In this document: one piece after another, positions 11,323 to 21,910 of the stretch | Layout of the letters: every line of letters starts with the position of its first letter | Position numbering within the stretch: the first letter of the stretch is position 1 | Origin: an uncultured Nitrososphaeraceae archaeon | GTDB taxonomy: Archaea > Thermoproteota > Nitrososphaeria > Nitrososphaerales > Nitrososphaeraceae | Length of the DNA stretch: 64,000 nt | Assembly: GCA_963729045.1 (NCBI GenBank) | Contig: CAVSMN010000009.1 | Location: 1 to 64,000, forward strand | Direction: 5' to 3' | Translations under genes and position numbers: made by a program | Notes under the pieces: model-generated | Database searches by the model: none | What the model was told of the DNA's origin: nothing | What the model saw: only the letters and a program-made list of their open reading frames with translations

Positions 11323-11836
11323 ATGATGGGTATATTGACAAACGAGTTTCAACCACCACAAGATAAAGCCAAAAAAACAGTCCAAGAATCAGAAGCAGAG
11401 ACGACAATAGTAATGCTGCCTTCCGATGCCAACCCGCTTGGAAATGTTTTTGGCGGAATGATTTTAAAGTACGTGGACCTGTTGGCTGGTTTAGTGGCAA
11501 AGAGACATGCAGGTCATGCAAATATTGTAACAGCAAGCATAGATAGCATGACATTTCTAAAGCCAGTATATATTGGAAATGCTTTGATTTTAAAGGCAAG
11601 AATAAACTACGTTAGGCGAAGTTCTATGGAAGCTGAGGTAAAAATAGAAGCAGAAGATTTAAACAAGTTCCCAAAAGGTTCACACCGGCACTGCATACGT
11701 AACTCTAGTAGCACTAGACGAAAAAGGAAAGCCTACAGAGGTTCCTCAATTGCGTTTGAGAGATGAGGAAGAAAAAAGAAGATTTTTAGAAGGACAGGCC
11801 AGGATGGAAACAAGGCTAAAGAATCGGAAAAAATAA
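11323..11836 (+). CDS. Acyl-CoA thioesterase (hotdog fold, YciA-like), frameshift near 11668
   Basis: DANPLGNVFGG, VTASID, RSSME; shifted frame continues HTGTAYVTLVALDEKGKPTEVP..RLKNRKK*. Confidence 0.88.
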
Positions 11837-12184
11837 AAAAAAGAGGGATACCGGCTAATGGTCGAGAGCTTCACCATAGAAACCCCAAAGGTTAGTTGAG
11901 CAAGTATTGAAAAACCCGCATAAAATGTCACTATGACCCCAAAATGGCATATAGAAAAGAATGGTTATGCTATGAAAACACCACCAGATTATAGCGATAG
12001 TCTACCATCATTCCAAGTATGTTTGATCACGTTTCTATTGTTCAAAGATATGCGAGAAAACTATGCCTAACTCACGATTTGACCGTCTTTAGAGCCTTTT
12101 TGACCGGATTTTTCCCGAAAATGACGGTCTTTTTATTTTTAATATAAATCTCCTTTCGGCACTATATCAAAAGTGTAAGAGAAT

Positions 12185-12503
12185 TTGACTATTCATGACA
12201 AAGAACTCTATTATACGGTCATTCAATACTATATAAACGGCCTTCCAGAGATCAGAAATTTCAGCAAAAACAGGTATTTCCACAGGGACAGTGTCAAACT
12301 ACATCAAAAAATGGGTAGAATCGGTGGAAATTCAAGACATAGAGGGCATTAAGACCTTATGAAACAGGTAAACAAAACAGGTGCTACAGTCAAAGCCATA
12401 ACAGGAGTTTATCGATTTTCAATACTAGTATTGCCAGAATGGCCCCTCATAAAATCAACTACAACTACTACACGATATCAAACGTCAATAGCCAAAAATG
12501 AAT
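12185..12503 (+). pseudogene. Degenerate N-terminal HTH protein of the same family as 57503-57955
   Basis: Manual translation across shifts: MTIHDKELYYTVIQYYINGLP..EISAKTGISTGTVSNYIKKW..DIEGIKTL/MKQVNKTGATVKAITGVYRF. Confidence 0.6.
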
Positions 12504-12707
12504 AAATCCCTTAAAATACCTTCACAGCGACTAGTGAGCACATTGAGAGTAAGAATTCCATGAAATCATCAGTAGGATAAAGGTATACTTAGTTTGAAAC
12601 AGTAGTTAGATTTTAGATGTTTCTATTACTATTAGAGGAAGCGAGATTAATCATACCAACACGATTAGACCGATCCTGATTGGATTGGGGATTCACTATT
12701 ATTAATT

Positions 12708-13798
12708 TCAACTCAAAACCTTAGATTCATCAAGGGGATATACATACACATTAGCTTTCTCATCGTCTATTTTTAAGGAATCCAGCAGTATGGAACCCTT
12801 CAATTCTGATTTGTCTACCCCCCATCCATTTTTTCCCCAGAATACAAGTATCGTCTATGTCATAGTTAAGAGTAGCAGGATTGAATGGCTCCAACGTAAC
12901 TCTTTCTTCACCTAACAACCCTTTGGCCCTTATGGATTCAGACATTTTTCTGCCCCCGTCATTTAACAAATACTTAACACCATACTTTTCTCTTAAGATC
13001 CTAAGTCCTTTATGCATATCAAATTCTTTTCCTGTATCAATGTAAGTGATAAGGTCGGGATTCTTTGATGGTCTTTGAAAGATGGGCATAAACCGTACTG
13101 GTAGTAAGTATTATTACCTTTTGATTGTTTTTCGGGTTCAACATTGCTATCTTATTTTTTTCATAAAATTCAACCAAATGTGATTCGGCAATACTTTCTA
13201 GTGAACGGACGGAAATGATAAAATAAAAATTATCTGGGTGAACAAGTTTCCTTGAAAGATTCAAAAGGTCATTATGCAGAGATGGATGCTGATCCTTTAA
13301 GTGCTTTCCAAAAAAATCCCAAGACCAAATTTGACCGTAGTTCTCCATCATGTTATTTACAGTTACCACAATAGCTTGATTTCCTAAAATCATACGATGC
13401 AGAGAAGCAAATATGTTGTCACCTAGCTTTCTACTCCCGCCTGTGAGCAACGTAACACCCCCTCCTCTTAATCCAAGTAACTTAAAAATAAAAACTCCAC
13501 TATTGGGTGAAAAAGCTTCGGCTGCAATAAAACTTGTAGCTTGATATGGCACACTCAACTTACTGACGAATTCATCCGAAGCGCCGATTACTATGTAGGG
13601 AATTATTTTAGACAGATGATTACATTTTAAATCCCTATTAGTATCGTATATTTTGATACCTCTTTTCTTATAATGAGTAAAAGTATCGTGATCTAATAGA
13701 TTATTTTCAAATAGCAGTCCGAGTTTATCAAAGTAATTCTTTTTGATCGAATCAGAATCCATCAGGTTTTTTATGTAAAAACACAATAATAAGTACAC
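12708..13798 (-). CDS. RibD C-terminal / dihydrofolate-reductase-fold protein, split by frameshifts near 13075 and 12835
   Basis: LRILREKYGVKYLLNDGGRKM..GLLGEERVTLEP resembles the RibD_C GG motif; the fragments overlap and rejoin with single-base removals. Confidence 0.6.
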
Positions 13799-14194
13799 AC
13801 TTGATTATTCATTCTTTAATTTTTGAAATACATACCTCAAGCATTTATGATCTCTATTCCCTGATTCTAATGTTATTAACATAAGAAATTCAAAAGTATG
13901 TTCAATATCCGAAATATTATGGAATTTGTGGTTTGTTCGAGTATTTCCACTTCGAAATGAAATTGTCTATTTTGTTTTAATAAAGTAATCAAATGTGATG
14001 CTTGAACAATCAATTCTTTATACGGTGATGAATAACACAGATCTAGTTAAAGGGTTTGCAAATTGCAATCTACAGGATATCAAGAGAAAGACTTCAAACT
14101 TTGAATATCACAATGATTGCATTTAAGAAATGAAATGATCGAATATGACAGGCATTCGAGCAAGATCAAGAACAATAAATAAAGTCAAAAAAAA

Positions 14195-15116
14195 TTAGCT
14201 GTTGTAGTTGTTGGCGCAATCTACAATTTCACCAGTGGACAAATAATCTCCTTTGTCATATGCTCTTTCAAAGCAGGTAGTAAGCAATAATTTGCGCTCT
14301 TGTTTATTCACAGTGTTTTCGTTGTATACTTTTGCATCTTTGTCGTTATCATTGTTATCATCATCATTGTTGTTGTCTTTTGCATCTTTGTCGTTATCAT
14401 TGTTATCATCATCATTGTTGTTGTCTTTTGCATCTTTGTCGTTATCATTGTTATCATCATCATTGTTGTTGTCTTTTGCATCTTTGTCGTTATCATTGTT
14501 ATTATCATCATTGTTGTTGTCTTTTGCATCTTTGTCGTTATCATTGTTATCATCATCATTGTTGTTGTCTTTTGCATCTTTGTCGTTATCATTGTTATCA
14601 TCATTTACATTTACATTCATATTGTTAGTATCATTAGGATTACTATTATTTGTTACAAATGAAGAGGATTGTGCGGGGGTAGAGCTACCAGCATTAGAAT
14701 TTGTATCCACGACTCGAACTACGCCTACACCAGAACCATCTGTCACGCCTGTTTGAGGACCATCAGTTGACGTCAAACCTTGACTTTGGCTACTTGGTGT
14801 AGAAGAAGACATTGATGGATTGCTGCTGCTACTACTGCTAGCTACCCATGCCACTACCACTATTGTTACAATTTTCAGCTGAAGAAGCTGTATACACATA
14901 ACTTGTCATGAAATTCACTACACAATCAGCATTTTGCATGGCAGAGTCTTTATTAGGATCGTTTGGGGATGTATACATTTGAAAGTTATTGTTGTAGTTT
15001 ACCAGATCACCTGTAGCAGCATTAACCAATTTGATTGACGAAAAGTTAACTGAACTTATAACTAATAATAAGAAAATTGCAGATATGAAACCCGAAGTTA
15101 GTTTATTGTAATACAT
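14195..15116 (-). CDS. Secreted low-complexity S/T- and N/D-rich protein (frameshift near 14845)
   Basis: Signal peptide in 14838-15116 continuing into the S-rich linker and D/N repeats of 14195-14899. Confidence 0.7.
14330..14604 (-). repeat. 48-bp coding tandem repeat, about 5.7 copies (DNNNDDDNNDNDKDAK)
   Basis: Unit tttgcatctttgtcgttatcattgttatcatcatcattgttgttgtct. Confidence 0.95.
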
Positions 15117-15310
15117 TGATATGATTTTTTAGTGGATATTCTTTATGAGGATTGTTTTTAATAATTATGTACTTATTTTTTTCTCAATACTATAATTCAA
15201 TTCTAGTAGAAGATTAGTTGGTCTTTGGTTTCTTTTATTGTCTTTGAACAGTTATTGTAGATCAAAAAGAAAAGTAAATATTCAAATAATAAACAAATGA
15301 AAAAAAACTA

Positions 15311-15925
15311 ATGACAATAAAATTATTGGGAATTGCAGGAAGTATGAGGAGCAATTCCTATAGTTTTAAAGCATTGGAGCACGCTTTAAAAATAGCTAAG
15401 AATAATTATAATGCAGAGATTAATTTATTTGACCTCAGGAAAAATAGATTGCCTATTTATGAACCCAATTTAAATCATGATCAAATTCAAACAGCAGAAA
15501 AAGAAAGCTTACAAATGGCAAATACCTTGGTCAAATGGGCAGATGCGATTATTTTGACTTCCCCCGATTATCATGGCTCAATGTCAGGAGTATTAAAGAA
15601 TTTTTTAGACTATTTTTGGAAGGAATTTTCTGGAAAAACATTTGGATACATTTGTGCATCTCATGAAAAAGGCCTTACAGTAATGGAACAAATGAGGACC
15701 GCAGTAAGACAATGCTACGGTTGGAGTATGCCATATGGCATCTCCACAAGCTCCGATGACTTTGATGATGCAGGCAACATAACAAATAAAAAAACACTAC
15801 TAAGGATAGAAATGCTATCTAGAGATCTAGTGTATTACGGAAAAGCTATTAGAAATCAATTTCTCACAGATGCATCAAATAAAGTCAAAGAATCTTATTC
15901 ATTTCTTACATCAAATAAAGACTGA
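15311..15925 (+). CDS. NADPH-dependent FMN reductase
   Basis: GIAGSMRSNS, SPDYHGSMSGVLKNFLD. Confidence 0.93.
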   Translation: MTIKLLGIAGSMRSNSYSFKALEHALKIAKNNYNAEINLFDLRKNRLPIYEPNLNHDQIQTAEKESLQMANTLVKWADAIILTSPDYHGSMSGVLKNFLDYFWKEFSGKTFGYICASHEKGLTVMEQMRTAVRQCYGWSMPYGISTSSDDFDDAGNITNKKTLLRIEMLSRDLVYYGKAIRNQFLTDASNKVKESYSFLTSNKD

Positions 15926-16029
15926 ACAATAATACTAATAAAAGCATTTTATTAGTTTCTACTATAATTTAAAGACATAGAAAACAATCATATGTCTTAA
16001 TGATAATTTAATCAATAATTACATACCAA

Positions 16030-16944
16030 TTGTACAAAACCAATACAACATCTTTTTTAAAATGGGCAGGTGGAAAGAGAAGGCTAGTTACATTATTAGA
16101 CAAACTTACACCCACTAACATTGACAGATATTTTGAGCCCTTTTTAGGTAGTGGTGCTTTTTTCTTTCATTTAATCCAATCAAGGAAACAGTTTAAAGCT
16201 TACTTATCAGATTCAAATCCTCATTTAATTAACACGTACAGAGAAGTAAGAGATAACGTAAATGAACTGATAGAAATCCTGATGGATCATCAAAAAGGTT
16301 ATCATAAAAATGGAGAAAAGTATTACTATTCTGTTAGAGATGATCAAAGTAATAAAACCAATACAGAAGCAGCAGCGAAGTTTATTTTCTTGAATAAGAC
16401 ATGTTATAATGGATTGTACAGGGTAAACAAGATAGGAAATTTTAATGTTCCCCATGGTAGGTATTTTAATCCAAAAATATGCAACAAAGAGAAGCTTATT
16501 GATTGCTCAAGTTTGCTTAATAGTGCGGAGGTAAAGATTGTTTGTGATATTTATAAAAATACTACTTTAAAGTGTAAAGACAATGATTTTGTTTATTTGG
16601 ACCCACCCTATTTTCCAGTATCAAGAACATCAAACTTTACAGATTACACTAAAGAAAGTTTTGGAATTCAGCAACACCAAGAATTGGCGAGTGAGTTTGA
16701 CAGACTAGACAATATTGGCTCTAAAGTATTGCTTTCTAATTCTAATTCAGAGTATGTTAAATCATTATATAAAAAATACTGCATTTTAAAGGTGAAATCT
16801 ACCAGGAGTATTAACTGCAATGCAGATAGAAGAAGTGATCATCACGACTTGATAATCTCAAATTACAATAGAAGAATAAAAGATACAGAGAAGACAACTC
16901 ACAAGTTAAACAAGCCGATGATATCAAAAATAGTAAGCGACTGA
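16030..16944 (+). CDS. Dam/D12-class N6-adenine DNA methyltransferase (orphan)
   Basis: KWAGGK, EPFLGSGA, YNGLYRVN, DPPY. Confidence 0.93.
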   Translation: MYKTNTTSFLKWAGGKRRLVTLLDKLTPTNIDRYFEPFLGSGAFFFHLIQSRKQFKAYLSDSNPHLINTYREVRDNVNELIEILMDHQKGYHKNGEKYYYSVRDDQSNKTNTEAAAKFIFLNKTCYNGLYRVNKIGNFNVPHGRYFNPKICNKEKLIDCSSLLNSAEVKIVCDIYKNTTLKCKDNDFVYLDPPYFPVSRTSNFTDYTKESFGIQQHQELASEFDRLDNIGSKVLLSNSNSEYVKSLYKKYCILKVKSTRSINCNADRRSDHHDLIISNYNRRIKDTEKTTHKLNKPMISKIVSD

Positions 16945-17021
16945 TGCATCGATATATGCATGCATATACATATACTTCCTATCAATTAGTTATAAAAAAA
17001 CACTAAAATTCACGAGCCCAC

Positions 17022-18122
17022 TCAGATTAAACCTACCATACGGAGCTTTTGAGGCAAATAGGTTTCGGATAAATATTTAAATCCATGTTTAAAAAAAGCA
17101 TCTAATTCGCATTTTTCCTTTTTATTTAGAAAGAGATTTAGTTCTTTTTGCCATTGTTTATTTTGCATCCAAGGCTTCTTTTTCATGTCATTGGCTCTAT
17201 TAATATCTTCATCACTTGCTGTCAACCGAGCAACTTCTGGAATGTTATATTGATAAATATCTGAAAACATCATTCCAAGGACCTGAGCATTTGGAGTTAC
17301 CAGCCTTTCACTATCATAACTCAACGATTCACTACCAATTTTGTACCTTAACGCAATACCTAAGCCCCAAGGATCTGCATCGGCAAAAACTACCACAGGT
17401 TTTTTCCACTGTTCATTTAGAATCTTCACCATCATTCTTGTTGCACGATCCGGTTCACCCGATCCAGTCAATAAAATAGCGTTGTATTTCTGAATAAAAC
17501 CAGATTTTCTTATATTATTTAGAACAGTGTCTTTTTCGACCACCATTACAAAGTCCGCCTTGACATCGTCTATTTGGACATCCCCCATGTTGGTTGGGAT
17601 AAGTTGAGATGTGGCTCTGCTTCCAAGATTGCAATCTATAATATCACCGCCAACCCGTAATTTTATAGGGCCAGAAATCATTCCTTTAGGTTTGGAAGTT
17701 ACAGAAAACTCTTCTCTCGGGATTCCAGTTAAAAGTTCGACAGCTTTTATTGCATTATCAGAATCCTCTTGACCTGTCCAAAATTTTTGCTTGTTTTTAT
17801 CATCTCCTACATTACTAAGGGTTGCATAATACATCCCTCGAATAGTACTTTCCATTTCTTCATCAAGTAGTTTTTTTACCGCATTGGCCATGACCAAATA
17901 TTGAGCAAAAGTGGGTATTTTCTTTACACTGTCGGGACTAACTTCAATTTTTTTGTCACCTGTTGTAAGCATTCTTTTTTCATCGGACCAAACAGTATTA
18001 TCATATCCTATTTTTGGTAAATCCAAGATAGGCATTTGATTTTGCTTGATTACATCATCAGATATTTTTCTCATAATCCTTTTTATGATAGTCACAAATT
18101 CTTGTTTTTTTGCAGTAGACAA
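17022..18122 (-). CDS. top6A: DNA topoisomerase VI subunit A
   Basis: TIRGMYY catalytic Tyr, VVEKD, DADPWG Toprim motif. Confidence 0.96.
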   Translation of the reverse strand: MSTAKKQEFVTIIKRIMRKISDDVIKQNQMPILDLPKIGYDNTVWSDEKRMLTTGDKKIEVSPDSVKKIPTFAQYLVMANAVKKLLDEEMESTIRGMYYATLSNVGDDKNKQKFWTGQEDSDNAIKAVELLTGIPREEFSVTSKPKGMISGPIKLRVGGDIIDCNLGSRATSQLIPTNMGDVQIDDVKADFVMVVEKDTVLNNIRKSGFIQKYNAILLTGSGEPDRATRMMVKILNEQWKKPVVVFADADPWGLGIALRYKIGSESLSYDSERLVTPNAQVLGMMFSDIYQYNIPEVARLTASDEDINRANDMKKKPWMQNKQWQKELNLFLNKKEKCELDAFFKHGFKYLSETYLPQKLRMVGLI

Positions 18123-18134
18123 TAGATAGATTAT

Positions 18135-20691
18135 TTATTTCTTTTTACCCTTATTTACCCTTTTACTATAGGAATCTATCGTTGATTGAACTTCTTTGGT
18201 TTTAGATTGATTTGGAGATTTGTTAAAAGATTTATTCATTTTTGCCCTGTTAGCATTTATTTTCACAGCGAGATTCTTGTTTTTCTTATTTGTAGTGCCC
18301 TTTTCTTTGATGATTAATTCCTTGTTTGTTCCTTTGGGTTTTTTATTTTTAGTAACATTTCTTGTAGGGTCAACCTTACTTAATTTACCAGCTAAGCTCG
18401 GATCGACCTTTTTATTGTCTTTTTTCTTACTTTCTAACTTGTTCAGGTTTGGTTTAGAAAAGGCCATGCTTTTGGTCTTTTGGATATCTTTGGTCTTTTG
18501 GATATCTTTGGTCTTTGGGATATCTTTGGTCTTTTGGATATCTTTGGTCTTTGGGATATCTTTGGTCTTTGGGATATCTTTGGTCTTTGGATATCTTTGG
18601 TCTTTTGGATATCTTTGGTCTTTTGGATATCTTTGGTCTTTTGGGCCTCCTGTATGTCCGGCTCTAGATCTATATCCACAGAGATCCATTTTTTGAGATG
18701 GTTGAACGGGTAAAGTAGAATCAGCAGAAGAAGCATCTCCTATGTCTATTTGGGGCTTTTTAGATAAATGATTCTCAATCAATCTAGTAAACGATTCGTT
18801 TAATTTTGAATTTTTACTACCAAGTGATTCATTTATTGAATCTACTATGAACGGTAGATAGTGTTTATATAGTCTGATCTTATTTTCTGCCTCCTTTAAT
18901 TTGAGCTCTTTGCGTATTTGTGTACTTAATTTCCTATATAGTTCAGATAGACATGATTTCATATAGTATTTCAGTTCGCCTTCTGAAGCAATGCTTTCTT
19001 TTCCGGCGGTTTTATAAGGGATTTTGGTCGAACAAATATGGAAAAAAATATGCAATGGCAAAACCTCAATGACTCTATCTTTTTTTGATTCTTTGTTGAC
19101 GGAAAATTGTTCCTTTGCTTGTTTTTTGGTGATCCCCATCTTATTAATCTCTACTTCTGATATAACCTCTCTAGCGACGTCGGACCCTTCATCGTATAAT
19201 AGAGGAATTTTATTAGCAAAACGATATAACTTGAATGATGGAATATCACCACCATAAGCCAAACCAGTTTCAACTACTGTGGGCCTATTATTTATGACAC
19301 ATGTTCTTGATGTATAAGTGGTAAGGACAGGCTTGAGGACTTTAACTGAAAAATTTGATTTTGATAAACTATTTTTGAATGGTGTTGGTGTTGGTGTTTG
19401 TTCGTCATTTTGTTCTGATTCAAAAGTTGATGCAGTAACAGTATCATTGGTTACTTGAGGATTAGAATTGGCATTAGTAAGAATAGGTTTTTCAGCTGTG
19501 GCAAGGGCGGGGGCTATGGGTGGGGCTTGGGTTGGGACTGTAACCGTTACTCCTGTATTATCATTCCCTTTATTTGATACAATAGTATATTCTGACATCA
19601 TTCCTATTGTGAGAACTTCTCGACCAATAGGACTCAAATGATCTGTATTCGGATTCTGGAATTTAGTTTTTTTGCAAATGTTTACAATTTTAATAAGATC
19701 ATGCTCACTGAAATCACCAGTAGAGGTCTTTAATGACAATCCAGTATTAGTAACAATATCCTTTGCTTTTTCATAAGAAAGTTTTTGAAAAGATGAACTT
19801 AAAATTTTTGGTAAAGACATTTTTTGAGTTTGGAATTTAGAAATGGCTTTTTTTAAGGTTTTTAGATCCATATCAGAAGGATGGGGCAAGATTTCTTGTG
19901 CCGGATTAGGCATTATTGATGTCCTTCTATTAAATTGAAATATACCATCATCTGTTTCAAAGGTTATGGATGAATATGGATTTACAATACTCGTTTCAGA
20001 AACATACTCATAAATTTTGTTCTTAGTAATAGGTACTAACTTTGCTCTCAAAATAACTTCTATCCGAAAACCAGATGTGTCTTGAATACGAGATTGCTGT
20101 TTAGGCAGCAATTTTTTTGACAATACAATAGGTTTATTGGTTCCAATATCAGTTCTTAACTCAAAATAATATTCATCTTGCTCATCAATTGATTTATTCC
20201 ATACTTTTATTGGAAAATCGGTATCCTTTGTAGAAAAAGCCGCTACCATTTTCAAACCAACTCCAAAGAGTCCCCTTTGCTGTTTCTCCATGTATTTAGC
20301 AGAAGTTAGAAAAGAGCAAACTGCTATGGGTAGTTTATCTGAATTTATCCCGGTTCCATTATCTTCACACGCCAACATCCATAAATCATTAGCTTGATCA
20401 AAAATTTTTAATGAAATTTTAATAGACGGCAGAATCGAAAAACTTTCGCAAGAGTCTAAAGAGTTTTCTATCAGCTCTCTAATGGCCATGTATAAAATAC
20501 GTTCACCGGTAAACCCAGCTAATGCGGAATTATCCACAAAAAATTCGGATTCTGCCTTCTTATTATAAATAATTTTATACTTTTCTACGCTTTGTTGTTG
20601 ATTGAGAGATATCCCTCTTTAATTCTTCAACTTCTACTTTTACTTTGTCTTCGGCAGAATCTAAGACAGTGGAGGCAGATTTATTCGGCAT
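18135..20691 (-). CDS. top6B: DNA topoisomerase VI subunit B with internal P/T-rich insertion and Lys-rich repeat tail (frameshift near 20578)
   Basis: ESEFFVDNSALAGF, ELIENSLD, DNGTG, QRGLFGVG, RFANKIPL, YKTAGKE. The upstream ATG at 20691 reads MPNKSAST..KRRK and joins after a one-base removal. Confidence 0.93.
18470..18643 (-). repeat. 18-bp coding tandem repeat (Q/P)KTKDI, about 9-10 copies, one unit 17 bp
   Basis: Unit gatatctttggtcttt(t/g)g on the plus strand. Confidence 0.95.
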
Positions 20692-21100
20692 CAAATACTT
20701 TAATTAATATCTTATTTGATTTAATCGTTATTCATGCCCCTTGTATATTACATGCTTAATCTAATCGATTTGAGAACCATATGGTGTAGATGAATTTTTC
20801 AGTTCCTTTAAGGTAGGTGGAAGAATTTCTACATAATACCGTTTTCTTTCCTTTTGAATAACTAGATAATCGGAGCCAGAGCCAACTATATTTCCATTCA
20901 ATAATTCTTTAATTTTCAACCAGATTAAATAGATACATTAGTCAATATTTTTGGTTTTCCATGATATAGAATTTGATTTTAAAGGTTGACATGATCATGC
21001 TAAACAGTCAGTCAGACAGACCAGTTAATCTATCAACCAACTGTTTACTTTAATTGGTTTTCAAAGATTAGTGTAAAAATATTTAAGAATTCAACAACCA

Positions 21101-21289
21101 ATGTTCTCCATGGATGCCAGATGTGTAAATTGCAACAACAAGGCTAATTTTGATATTGAAAAGAATAAGATAAAATGTGAAAAATGTGGAATGGAAATAG
21201 ATTACGATGAGTATATTGAACAGATGAAAGAAAAAGCTGTTACTTTAGCAGATAATTTTCAATCAAGTTGGGATAAGGGAGGATTCTAA
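21101..21289 (+). CDS. Small Zn-ribbon protein
   Basis: CVNC..CEKC. Confidence 0.8.
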   Translation: MFSMDARCVNCNNKANFDIEKNKIKCEKCGMEIDYDEYIEQMKEKAVTLADNFQSSWDKGGF

Positions 21290-21440
21290 GTAATCTAAAA
21301 AATAACCTGAATGCAATTGGTTTGTTGGAAAAAAATAAAAGTTTAGAGTGAAAATTTCTTTGAACTGAACAAAGGACGATGAGGAAGAATGTAATTTTTA
21401 GCAAGATTAATTAAGGCTGAAAATTTATCTAATAAAGACT

Positions 21441-21842
21441 TTGGTAGAATTTAAAGTAGTTATTTCAGATTCAACGGGTAAAAGCACTAGTCAAGAGTTA
21501 AAGGATAAGAGTGCTCAACCACTATTAGGTTCTAAGCTTGGAGACATATTAGAATCGTCTATTTTAGGATTTAAGGAAGGGAAAATAAAGTTAACCGGCG
21601 GGAGCGACAAATCAGGTACACCTATGAGATCAGATCTACACGGGGCTACAAAAAAATATGTCCTCATGACAAGGGGAGTCGGAATGCGAAATCTAGCACC
21701 TGGAGAAAGAAAAAGAAAATTGGTCAGGGGGAATATGATCACAGAGGAAATCTATCAATTAAATTGTCGACTGATTGATGCGACATTGCCTGAAAAAGAG
21801 CAACAATCTTCAACACAAGAAGAAGCCCAGGTAACTAAATAA
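21441..21842 (+). CDS. rps6e: 30S ribosomal protein S6e
   Basis: FKVVISD, TGGSDKSGTPMR, GERKRKLVRG. Confidence 0.97.
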   Translation: MVEFKVVISDSTGKSTSQELKDKSAQPLLGSKLGDILESSILGFKEGKIKLTGGSDKSGTPMRSDLHGATKKYVLMTRGVGMRNLAPGERKRKLVRGNMITEEIYQLNCRLIDATLPEKEQQSSTQEEAQVTK

Positions 21843-21910
21843 ATTCAAAAAATATTTCTTTTATCTTCATCTCATAATTATCTGGTTTAGTACTTTAAGT
21901 AAATTAATAT

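Noticed and set aside
11843..11920. RNase P, SRP or 5S RNA
   Set aside because: Only a short GAAACCCC..GAGCAAG resemblance; the conserved core motifs are missing
14253..14756. Multiple overlapping ORFs (Cys/His-rich, Ile/Val-rich, Leu/Ser-rich)
   Set aside because: Alternative-frame readings of the 48-bp repeat
18220..18713. Plus-strand hydrophobic repeat ORFs
   Set aside because: Antisense shadows of the Lys-rich top6B tail
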